A stretch of DNA of 31,522 bases, from contig JANRLW010000053.1 in NCBI GenBank assembly GCA_033762295.1, positions 1 to 31,522 of the forward strand, given 5' to 3'. Origin of the DNA: Capsulimonadales bacterium. Its GTDB lineage: Bacteria > Armatimonadota > Armatimonadia > Armatimonadales > Armatimonadaceae. Shown here in pieces: positions 1 to 7,596 of the stretch (position 1 is its first letter; every line of letters begins with the position of its first letter). The position numbers and the translations under genes are program-made. The notes below the pieces were generated by a model. It had not been told where the DNA came from, did not search any database, and worked only from the letters and a program-made list of their open reading frames with translations.

Positions 1-747
1 GCCCGAAGACCGGATGCCACTGGTAGGTGGTCGCAAGATACCACCTATTAATAAATCGTTTCAATCCTCATCCGGCCCGAAGACCGGATGCCACGCTCCG
101 GGGACAGGCGTTTGTAGCCCGGTGCCTTAGTTTCAATCCTCATCCGGCCCGAAGACCGGATGCCACAGGATGACCACGTCCGCGCCGATCAGCGTAGCGG
201 TGTTTCAATCCTCATCCGGCCCGAAGACCGGATGCCACTCGACAACCTCCTGTTTCAGTTGAACCAAAAACTGGTTTCAATCCTCATCCGGCCCGAAGAC
301 CGGATGCCACGGAATGTCACTCGGCGCGAAACGGCTACGGAATGGTTGTTTCAATCCTCATCCGGCCCGAAGACCGGATGCCACGCGGACAGTAGTCGAT
401 CTGGTTCGCCACCAGATCGAGTTTCAATCCTCATCCGGCCCGAAGACCGGATGCCACTCGATGTCCAGAACCTCCGAAAAACACCCGTTACCTGTTTCAA
501 TCCTCATCCGGCCCGAAGACCGGATGCCACCCAACGAACAGGCTACCGGTCTGCTGCTTGACGAGTTTCAATCCTCATCCGGCCCGAAGACCGGATGCCA
601 CAGGGGGGCAAGACGTTCTATGCGCCGACGGTCAAGCCGTTTCAATCCTCATCCGGCCCGAAGACCGGATGCCACTCGCAGGAAGACGTTCAAACCGTCG
701 CCGGGGAATGGTTTCAATCCTCATCCGGCCCGAAGACCGGATGCCAC
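1..747 (-). CRISPR. CRISPR array, 37-bp repeat GTGGCATCCGGTCTTCGGGCCGGATGAGGATTGAAAC (minus strand), truncated by window start
   Basis: Ten identical full repeats start at 58, 130, 202, 274, 348, 421, 494, 565, 639 and 711, plus a partial repeat at 1-20. Spacers are unique, 34-37 nt. The repeat has a hairpin (CATCCGGTC-TTCG-GGCCGGATG) and a 3' ATTGAAAC end, which gives minus orientation, the same as the cas genes. Confidence 0.99.
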
Positions 748-787
748 ACTGGTGACAGTTGCGAGGCGGTCTCCTTTCTCCGGCATC

Positions 788-821
788 TTGCGGCACCCCG
801 TGGACGCCCGGAGTGCCGCAA
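788..821. repeat. Inverted repeat/hairpin between cas7 stop and first repeat
   Basis: TTGCGGCAC (788-796) pairs with GTGCCGCAA (813-821); no U-tract. Confidence 0.6.
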
Positions 822-832
822 CCCGTACTGGA

Positions 833-1708
833 TCAGCCCTCGATGAGGCGTGTCAACGCGACTTTGCCTTCGTAGTCGTCGGGGACACGCGGACCGGCGA
901 CGACGTAGTCGTCGAAGCGGCGCGGGGTTTCCACCCCGTCCTTTTTGCGGACGACGAGGGTGTCGAAGAGTTTATGAGCCGGTGCGTTACCGAGTGGGGT
1001 TTCGTGGGTGAAGACGTAGAGTCCGCGACAGGCCATCATGCCACGGGCGGCGGAACGGTCGACGTCCCACATCATTTGAAGTGCGTCCCAGAACAGGGTC
1101 AGGTCGTCTGCTGTCACGCCGGTTTGCGCGGCGAGCGCCGCAGAGACGAAGCCACGGGCGACATAGAGGGCGTACGGCAAGAGCGTTTTACGGCCCATGG
1201 TCCGGTTGTCACCGCTCTGAGCCGCCGCTTCCTTGGTGGTAGCGACGGCCATGCGGGTGATGGGGAGGTCGAGCGGGGCGACAGGGTCGATGCTGCGTCC
1301 GAAGGTGAACTGAATGGGGCCGCGCACCTGCCCGGCGTTGGACTCCTTCAGGGACATGACAGCTCCGAAGAGGCGGACGTCATAGAACAGTTCGCACATC
1401 TTGCGGCGGGCATCGGCGACGGTGGCCTTGCTGCCGAGAGCGTCGTAGGCCCGCTGATGCTGCTGGGCGAGAACGGCCTTTTCCTGAACGTAGATCTCGC
1501 TGCCGGGCGCACCGGGTCGGGCGGCGGCGACGTAGTTGCGGACCTTGCGCTTGAGGCAGACATCGGTCACGATACCGTGGCCGGTCTGCGGGTCGGTGCG
1601 GGGCAGGTTCCCTGCGTCGGGGTCGCCGTTGGGGTTGCCGTCAGTGACGTCGAAGAGCAGCAGGAAGTCGTGGCGTCGAGCCGGGTCGGTATGGAGAGTG
1701 ACGGACAT
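833..1708 (-). CDS. cas7c: Type I-C CRISPR backbone protein Cas7/Csd2
   Basis: Motifs [57 protein letters not shown] are typical of Csd2. Confidence 0.97.
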   Translation of the reverse strand: MSVTLHTDPARRHDFLLLFDVTDGNPNGDPDAGNLPRTDPQTGHGIVTDVCLKRKVRNYVAAARPGAPGSEIYVQEKAVLAQQHQRAYDALGSKATVADARRKMCELFYDVRLFGAVMSLKESNAGQVRGPIQFTFGRSIDPVAPLDLPITRMAVATTKEAAAQSGDNRTMGRKTLLPYALYVARGFVSAALAAQTGVTADDLTLFWDALQMMWDVDRSAARGMMACRGLYVFTHETPLGNAPAHKLFDTLVVRKKDGVETPRRFDDYVVAGPRVPDDYEGKVALTRLIEG

Positions 1709-1720
1709 GGTGTTACCTTT

Positions 1721-2209
1721 CTATTCCTCGTTCGCGGTGTCAATGGTGTCAATGGTTTCATTGATGTCGCTGGTGTCATTGGTGTCGGATGCGGTGTCAT
1801 CCGCGGGTTCGTCGAGACCGTCGGTTTGCCGGAGGTTCCGGATTTCGCGACGGACGCGCGCGCGTTCGGCGTAGTAGCCGAGGGCAAAGCTGCCCTGTTC
1901 GCGGGCGGAGAAGTAGCCGGGGAACTCGGTTCCGATCGGCTCCATGATTTCCGCGAGCGTGTCCTGGAGACGGCTATGGGAGCGGGCGTAGCGGCCACGC
2001 CGGATGGCGGGCAGGTGTGCCTGTTTGGCCATGCGGAGGAGGGCCGGAAAGACGGCACGGGGTGTGGTGGAAGCGCCGCCGTAGTAGCGGTCCGTGAGGG
2101 TGACATTGGCCTCGCGTTCGAGGGCCATGTACTGGATGCGCTCCAACTGGTAGAGCAACCGACCGCAGAGGTAGGCTTTCTCGGTGTTACTAGGTTCGAA
2201 ATCGCTCAT
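1721..2209 (-). CDS. cas11c: Probable internally translated small subunit Cas11c (C-terminal part of cas8c)
   Basis: In-frame ATG (MSDFEPSNTEKAYLCGRLL) preceded by GGAG, just before the conserved AYLCGRL helical domain. Internal translation is established for I-C systems. Confidence 0.65.
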   Translation of the reverse strand: MSDFEPSNTEKAYLCGRLLYQLERIQYMALEREANVTLTDRYYGGASTTPRAVFPALLRMAKQAHLPAIRRGRYARSHSRLQDTLAEIMEPIGTEFPGYFSAREQGSFALGYYAERARVRREIRNLRQTDGLDEPADDTASDTNDTSDINETIDTIDTANEE

Positions 2210-3559
2210 GGTTCGGACTTTCTCCGCATCGAAGCGGCGGGATTGGGAATCGTAGGAAAGCAGCAGTTTGAGCAGAGCGGCGCGTCGATAGGAGACGTGC
2301 TCGCGGCGTTTGGTCGGGCCGTTTTTCGGCGGGTCGTCGCCGATGATGCAGCGACGGACGACGATAGGTAATAAGGCATCGGGCGGGGGTGCGTCATTGA
2401 GCGCCGTTTCGGTCATGGCGGCGTACAGGTAGTTCGGGACGTCCTTGCGAACGCGGAAGGCGGCTTCGACGGTCTGCCAGGTGGCGAGTGGTCGAGAAGC
2501 GTCGTCACCGTTCGGGCTGACGATCCGGGTGCGTTCGAACCAGAGCCGTTGTCGTTCGTAGAGATCGGCGACGGTGAGATGCAGGGCGGACCGGAGGGCG
2601 ACGCGCCCACCGCTGTGCGAGGAGAGGCCGAGGATATGGAACGGGGCGTCGTCGGGCAGAGCGTGGATGCGTTTACCGAGGCGTGGTCCGTCGAGCAGAG
2701 CGCGGACGGCGGTGGGATCGGGTTCGGGAGCGAAGAGGTGTAACGTGACCTCTCCGGCGGGCGACCAGAAGACGTATTTCACACCGCTATCCCGGTCGCC
2801 GACGGTGACACTATGGCGTTGGGACTGGAGCAGGGCATTGAGCGCCTTGGCGACGTGCTCTCCGGCTTCACGACTGATGGGCGCGGAGTATTCGCTGAGG
2901 TTGTACGACATGAAGGCGTTGACATTGAACGACGAAAGGGGGGCACCGGAGGTATTGGCACCGGGAACGCCTTTGAGGGCGAGCGGCAGTTTGGACTCCA
3001 CGAGAGCGGGCTGGCCGGTGACGAGGCAGGTCATGGAGCGGGCTTTCCGATCGCGGGTGTGTTCGGCCCAGAAGTCGCGGACGACCTCGATTTCATGGAG
3101 GAGCCGTCCGCGCACACGGAATCCGATCAGGTCGTTGCTTCTGAGATCGGAAGGGAGAGGGAATTCGGGGGCGATCGGATTCCAGCGATCGAGGAAACGA
3201 ACGACGGGTTCCAGTGCTTCGACACCTGTCTGTTCGTGACAGAGGTGGACGAGTTCGCGGAACGCCTTGCGAGTGTTCTCGTTCCGGGTTTTGCCGGGGG
3301 CGGTCTTGCCGTCGTCGACGCCAAAGACATACTTGGCGTTATCGACGAGGAGAATGGGCGAAATGTCGGAGGAGCGTCCGAGGTAGGGCAGAAAGGTACG
3401 TCCGGCGGCGTTTTCGGGATAGACGATACCGGTATCGGGATCGATATCGAGGATCAGTCGGAGCGGCTGAAGCGCGTACATGGGCGGGGGCAGCGGCTGG
3501 CCATCGTGAATCTGACCGAAGATCGCTTCGGCATCGTGGTAGAGGGATTGCAGGATCAT
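1721..3559 (-). CDS. cas8c: Type I-C large subunit Cas8c/Csd1
   Basis: MILQSLY start, CLVTG, SFNVNAFMSY, AYLCGRL, TLTDRYYGGASTTP, EQGSFALGYY; lies between cas5 and cas7; ATGA overlap with cas5. Confidence 0.95.
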   Translation of the reverse strand: MILQSLYHDAEAIFGQIHDGQPLPPPMYALQPLRLILDIDPDTGIVYPENAAGRTFLPYLGRSSDISPILLVDNAKYVFGVDDGKTAPGKTRNENTRKAFRELVHLCHEQTGVEALEPVVRFLDRWNPIAPEFPLPSDLRSNDLIGFRVRGRLLHEIEVVRDFWAEHTRDRKARSMTCLVTGQPALVESKLPLALKGVPGANTSGAPLSSFNVNAFMSYNLSEYSAPISREAGEHVAKALNALLQSQRHSVTVGDRDSGVKYVFWSPAGEVTLHLFAPEPDPTAVRALLDGPRLGKRIHALPDDAPFHILGLSSHSGGRVALRSALHLTVADLYERQRLWFERTRIVSPNGDDASRPLATWQTVEAAFRVRKDVPNYLYAAMTETALNDAPPPDALLPIVVRRCIIGDDPPKNGPTKRREHVSYRRAALLKLLLSYDSQSRRFDAEKVRTMSDFEPSNTEKAYLCGRLLYQLERIQYMALEREANVTLTDRYYGGASTTPRAVFPALLRMAKQAHLPAIRRGRYARSHSRLQDTLAEIMEPIGTEFPGYFSAREQGSFALGYYAERARVRREIRNLRQTDGLDEPADDTASDTNDTSDINETIDTIDTANEE

Positions 3560-4290
3560 TCGGCGTCCTCCGGCGTGGGAGCGTTCGGCCGCGGGCGGGA
3601 GAGCCAGGGACCGGAGAGTGTTTCAAGCAGGGCGTATTGTGCATCGGGGATGGTCACGCGTCCGTCGATGACTTCGGCTTCGAAGAAGAGGGGGGCGTTG
3701 GCATCGCTATCGGCGGCGAAGGCGATGTCGAAGAGCATGAGGGAGGGCGGCTGTCGGAAGGGGGCAGGGCGGAGGGAGCCTTCGTACTGCAAGGGGTGGC
3801 AGAAATCGGCGGCGAATTCGCGACACCCGAGGGCGGGGCGGTGGAAGCACCGTCCCTGTTCGACGCGCCGTCGGAACTGATCGCGGAATTTGGCCGGGGT
3901 ATCGGTGACATCGGGACGGACGACAATATCGGCGAAGAGTCGATAGGCGACATCGCGGAGGGCGAGGGTAAGGCGCTGGGTTCGTTTGTCGACGATGTCG
4001 ATGGGGTTCAGCTTTTCTCGGCGCGGATCGGGCATTTTGTCGGTGACCTCGTTGCGCAGGAAGGAGATGTACTGCACGGGTTTCAGGAGATGGATCTCAC
4101 GGACGCGGTACCGAAACTCGGGTTTCCAGAAGATGGCTTCGAAGATACCGCGAGCGGCACCGGGGGTGGGGAACGGATAGGTAACCCGTTCGGCTTTGGC
4201 CTCGGGGCGAGTGAAGCAGGCGTAGTCTCCCCAGACAACGACTTCCACGGGCGGTAGTTTGGGGATATTTTCGGATTCGGTCGAACTCAT
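3556..4290 (-). CDS. cas5c: Type I-C Cas5c (Cas5d), pre-crRNA processing endoRNase
   Basis: VWGDYACFTRPEAKAERVTYPFPTPGAARGIFEAIFWKP, GRCFHRPALGCREF; AAGGAG RBS. Confidence 0.97.
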   Translation of the reverse strand: MSSTESENIPKLPPVEVVVWGDYACFTRPEAKAERVTYPFPTPGAARGIFEAIFWKPEFRYRVREIHLLKPVQYISFLRNEVTDKMPDPRREKLNPIDIVDKRTQRLTLALRDVAYRLFADIVVRPDVTDTPAKFRDQFRRRVEQGRCFHRPALGCREFAADFCHPLQYEGSLRPAPFRQPPSLMLFDIAFAADSDANAPLFFEAEVIDGRVTIPDAQYALLETLSGPWLSRPRPNAPTPEDAE

Positions 4291-4406
4291 GTCAGTTATC
4301 TCCTTGGAAAGGATCGGAAAACAGCGAGATCAGGGGTTCGGGCGTTCGGGACGACGCGATTTCGGAAGGCGCTCCTGCGATGGACGAAGAAACGCCTTCC
4401 GTTATC

Positions 4407-4439
4407 AGGTTACAGTCGCTGAGTGCAGTATTTCTGCAC
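4407..4439 (-). promoter_or_regulatory. Palindrome plus -10 promoter element upstream of cas5 (copy 1)
   Basis: Minus strand GTGCAGAAATACTGCACTC-N8-TAACCT; a near-identical element lies at 7562-7594. Confidence 0.65.
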
Positions 4440-4474
4440 CGGGTCCGGCAAAGCGAAGTTTGTTGGAATGGCGG

Positions 4475-4840
4475 TTAGGGACGTTGGGGAGGCAACGTCA
4501 GCACGGAGAATCTGGTCAATTCGCGATGGAGATCGTTCGCCTTACCCGATAGACCGGGCTCTACAGCAGGAACGAACAGACCGTTGTTCCTCTGTGCGAC
4601 AGCGATCAGAGTTGCCCATCTGTGTCTTGCGGCGGAAGTGTTCAGGCTGCTCTCAGTTTCCACCACAACGATGATATTAAGTTCGCCGATACGGCAGCAT
4701 ATATCAGGAGAAACGCCTTTGATTAGCGATGGGGGCGAAAACACCGCCGAGTCAACGACTTGCAGATCAGTTGCGCCCTGACGAAGCAGTTCATTGACGG
4801 TCGTTCGAATCAGACCGTCACGGGACACTTGTTTTTTCAT
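4475..4840 (-). CDS. Orphan 121-aa protein with PD-(D/E)XK-like signature, inserted between cas3 and cas5
   Basis: Strong AGGAGG RBS before ATG (MKKQVSRD...). SPDICC...IIVVVETESS resembles the PD...ExE core of small restriction-fold proteins. Lower GC than neighbours. Confidence 0.6.
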   Translation of the reverse strand: MKKQVSRDGLIRTTVNELLRQGATDLQVVDSAVFSPPSLIKGVSPDICCRIGELNIIVVVETESSLNTSAARHRWATLIAVAQRNNGLFVPAVEPGLSGKANDLHRELTRFSVLTLPPQRP

Positions 4841-4919
4841 TTTCCCTCCTAAAAAGGACCATTGGTTAACGGAGGGGTAATGCGATACAATTCTGTGCAT
4901 TTCTGGACCGCACTACCCG

Positions 4920-5025
4920 GTTCATGCCCCGCAGAAGCGCCAACTTCTGCGGGTTTTTGTTTGCCTCCCATATTGCCGCGATGCGATTCTACGTTTCGAT
5001 CCTCGTCGCTTGAAAGCAACGCCTT
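4920..5025 (-). ncRNA. Putative crRNA-like regulatory RNA (pseudo-repeat, ~35-nt spacer, hairpin)
   Basis: 4993-5023 minus reads GGCGTTGCTTTCAAGCGACGAGGATCGAAAC: a 7-bp stem plus 11-nt handle AGGATCGAAAC (array: AGGATTGAAAC). The next hairpin begins one spacer length later. Confidence 0.6.
4928..4962 (+). terminator. 10-bp hairpin with T-tract on + strand; also candidate second pseudo-repeat on - strand
   Basis: CCCGCAGAAG-CGCCAA-CTTCTGCGGG followed by TTTTTGTTT. Confidence 0.6.
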
Positions 5026-5123
5026 TAACCAGATGCTATTACCGACGGAAGTAATGTATTCACCTTCCATATTTCACGTGAGACTCTACGAAGTTTTACA
5101 ACCGTCTTCCTGGTTTCAAACGG

Positions 5124-5152
5124 ATATTATCGAACGACCTCAACGGTGTCAA
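5124..5152 (-). promoter_or_regulatory. Sigma70-type promoter immediately downstream of cas3
   Basis: TTGACA (5152-5147), 17 nt, TAATAT (5129-5124). The -35 overlaps the palindrome GTCAA-TCC-TTGAC. Confidence 0.7.
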
Positions 5153-5167
5153 GGATTGACGCAAAAA

Positions 5168-7519
5168 TCACCGAATTAGTTTTTCCGGCGAGTGCGGGCG
5201 GACACGGTCGTTGGGATCGTGCAGGAGCGGGACGCCGGTTTTGGGGTCGTAGGAACCTTCATAGACGATCAGGCCGGGGACGGGTTCGGACAGACCGTCG
5301 GCCTGGTTCGGGTAGAGTTGGACGCAGAACGGATGGAGTTTGCGCCAGTCGGAGCGTGTCAGACCGCCGCGCCGGTCGGCATCACCCAAGAGGGTATCGA
5401 GATCGAGAGACAGGTCGACCGCAGCGCGAGCGAGGACGGTGACAGTATCGTCGGGAATGAGGCGCATTTTTCGGGCGACTTCGGGAAAGTCGAAAGCGCG
5501 GATGTCGGGCATCACCCTATGGGCGTCGGTGGCGTCGTTGAGTTCGCGGATCATTTCGCGGAACCAGGCGGTGACGTTTTCCGGATCATCGAAATCGAAC
5601 GCTTCGCCCCGGTCGGCGGCGCGGCGAAGGGCGTTGACGGTTTTATCTCGCGCTTTTTTATAGATCGGATCGGAAGGAGTACGGTCTTCGGCAGGGCGGA
5701 AGAGGGTGACGAGGCTGTCCTGCCAGGGGCGTCTGCCTTCGCGGTTGCATCGACCGGCGGCCTGAATCAGGGACGGGAGCGGGGCGAGGGCGCGGAAAAG
5801 TCGGGGAAAGTCGACATCGACGCCCGCTTCGACGATGGAGGTGGAGATTAGGCGAGTCGGCAGACCGGCAGCGAGGCGCGCGCGAACGTCGTCAAGAACG
5901 CGGCGGCGATGTCGCCCGCAGAGCAGAGTTGACAGGTGGAAGACGGACGGGTCTGTACGATCCGGGTCGAGCGCATCGACGAGTTCGATCGCCTGTTTCC
6001 GGGTGTTGACGACGCAGAGTACGGTCGGCTCGGAGCGCAGTCGTTTGGCGAGCGCGGAGGAATCGAGTTCGGGCAGGTCGGTTTCAAAGCGGACGCGGCG
6101 GAGGCGACGAAAGTGGGGCGCTGGGTCGCCGACGATCTCGACCGGACGGGGATCGAAGCCGCGGAACCAGGGGGTCCGTTCCTCAAAGGCGGGCTGTGTC
6201 GCCGTGCAGAGAACGACGGTGACGCCGAAGGCGGCGGCGAGCGTTTTCAGAGCTTCGATGAGCGGGCGTAACAGGCCGGCAGGCAGAGATTGGACTTCAT
6301 CGAGCAAGAGAACGCTATCGGCGATCCGGTGTAGTTTACGGCAGCGGGCGGGGCGTTGAGAAAACAGGCTTTCAAAGAGTTGCACCTGGGTCGTGACGAT
6401 AAGAGGCGCATCCCAGTTTTCGGCGGCGAGGCGGCGACGGAGGGCGGTTTCTCGACCGTTGTCTGTGGCGTCATCGGAGGGGGTATCGATTTCCGCGGCG
6501 GAGTGGTGTTCAAGAACGATCCCGGTGTTTTCGCCGAAGATTCCTTCGAACACGGCGGCGGTCTGGTCGAGGATGCTGGTGAACGGGGCGGCATAAATGA
6601 TCCGCCGCTTGCCGTGGCGGACGGCATGCTCCAGCGCGAAGGCGAGGGAGGAGCGTGTTTTTCCTCCGCCGGTGGGTACGGTCAGAGTGAAGACGCCGGG
6701 GCGCTCAACCGCGCGGGCCAGGCAGTCGGCGAAGACGGCGCGCCGCACCTGATGGACGGGATTTTCGCCGTTTCCGGCGGCGTCCGCTTCGGCGCGAAGT
6801 CGTTCTTGGTCACGTAGGAAGGCGGCGCGGAGGTCGGCGAGCGGCGGTGATCGGCGCGTTGCTTCCTCGCGTTGTCGAGCGGTATCGGGGGAAACATGTT
6901 TTTCGGTATCGAGTGCGTCGGCGTCGACCAGACAGGAGAAAACGAACCGCAGGTACATTTCGGCGGCTTCGCGAGTTCGAATCGCAGGTGGGTAGAGGAC
7001 CCCCGGATCGGGAAACGGGGGGACGAGAGCAGGGGAGACACTACGGGCGCGTTCGACGAGGGCGGGGAAGGGCAGGACAGCGTATTGCTGACGTTCCTGT
7101 GCGCCATCGCGGGTGTCCTGCCGATTTTTCATTCCTCCGTGATGGCCGAAGAGGACCTGTGCGAGCGGGTCGCCGAAGGCCGCGTTTTCCGCGTGCGCCA
7201 GTAACGCGCCGGTCTGTTTGTGGGGAGCGGAACCCGGTTGCGGTTTCTCGGAGATTTCGCCGCGATCAAACCGGAAGCACTGTCGCAGGTAGTTTTGAAA
7301 TCCGTCATCGAACTTGCCGAGATCATGGAGAAGGCCAACGTAGCGGGCGGTGGCGGCACCGCCAAAGGGAGTGGCAAACGATTCGGCAAGGTGGGCGACG
7401 GCGAGCGTATGGTCGACGAGATCGTGCCATTCCGGGTTATCGCGGGAGGGGGTATGGGCGACGAATTGGTCGGCGTCCGGCAATGCCTGGGTTGATTTCG
7501 AGAAAAGATAATCCGACAT
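5168..7519 (-). CDS. cas3: CRISPR-associated HD nuclease/helicase Cas3
   Basis: HD domain (HDLVDH, LLHDLGK, LVDADALD), Walker A PTGGGKT, LEHHS, DEVQ, EAGVDVDF, QAAGRCNREG. Start placed at MSDYLF (7519); exact start uncertain. Confidence 0.96.
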   Translation of the reverse strand: MSDYLFSKSTQALPDADQFVAHTPSRDNPEWHDLVDHTLAVAHLAESFATPFGGAATARYVGLLHDLGKFDDGFQNYLRQCFRFDRGEISEKPQPGSAPHKQTGALLAHAENAAFGDPLAQVLFGHHGGMKNRQDTRDGAQERQQYAVLPFPALVERARSVSPALVPPFPDPGVLYPPAIRTREAAEMYLRFVFSCLVDADALDTEKHVSPDTARQREEATRRSPPLADLRAAFLRDQERLRAEADAAGNGENPVHQVRRAVFADCLARAVERPGVFTLTVPTGGGKTRSSLAFALEHAVRHGKRRIIYAAPFTSILDQTAAVFEGIFGENTGIVLEHHSAAEIDTPSDDATDNGRETALRRRLAAENWDAPLIVTTQVQLFESLFSQRPARCRKLHRIADSVLLLDEVQSLPAGLLRPLIEALKTLAAAFGVTVVLCTATQPAFEERTPWFRGFDPRPVEIVGDPAPHFRRLRRVRFETDLPELDSSALAKRLRSEPTVLCVVNTRKQAIELVDALDPDRTDPSVFHLSTLLCGRHRRRVLDDVRARLAAGLPTRLISTSIVEAGVDVDFPRLFRALAPLPSLIQAAGRCNREGRRPWQDSLVTLFRPAEDRTPSDPIYKKARDKTVNALRRAADRGEAFDFDDPENVTAWFREMIRELNDATDAHRVMPDIRAFDFPEVARKMRLIPDDTVTVLARAAVDLSLDLDTLLGDADRRGGLTRSDWRKLHPFCVQLYPNQADGLSEPVPGLIVYEGSYDPKTGVPLLHDPNDRVRPHSPEKLIR

Positions 7520-7561
7520 GTGCGTTTTCTTTTTAGTGGAGGATGCCAGGCATCCCATCTC

Positions 7562-7594
7562 AGGGTAGCGGGGGAGAGTGCAGTATTTTCGCAC
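7562..7594 (-). promoter_or_regulatory. Palindrome plus -10 promoter element upstream of cas3 (copy 2)
   Basis: Minus strand GTGCGAAAATACTGCACTC-N8-TACCCT, same spacing as the copy at 4407-4439. Confidence 0.65.
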
Positions 7595-7596
7595 TC

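Noticed and set aside
21..710. Self-targeting by array spacers within the window
   Set aside because: No match noticed by eye; not exhaustively computed.
160..2371. Long + strand ORFs across the array and antisense to cas7/cas8c
   Set aside because: Translations of CRISPR repeats and GC-rich shadow frames opposite well-supported genes.
4880..4897. Partial similarity of the crRNA-like spacer to ACAGAATTGTATCGC
   Set aside because: Mismatches at seed positions 1-2 and no TTC PAM.
5093..5122. GTTTGAAAC / GTTGTAAAAC resembling repeat 3' ends
   Set aside because: No preceding repeat-like hairpin and wrong spacing for additional pseudo-repeats.
4862..5179. + strand 105-aa ORF, or a CreT-like mini-ORF after GGAGGGG
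   Set aside because: The SD is only 2 nt from the ATG, the ORF runs through a terminator hairpin, and it has no recognisable motifs.
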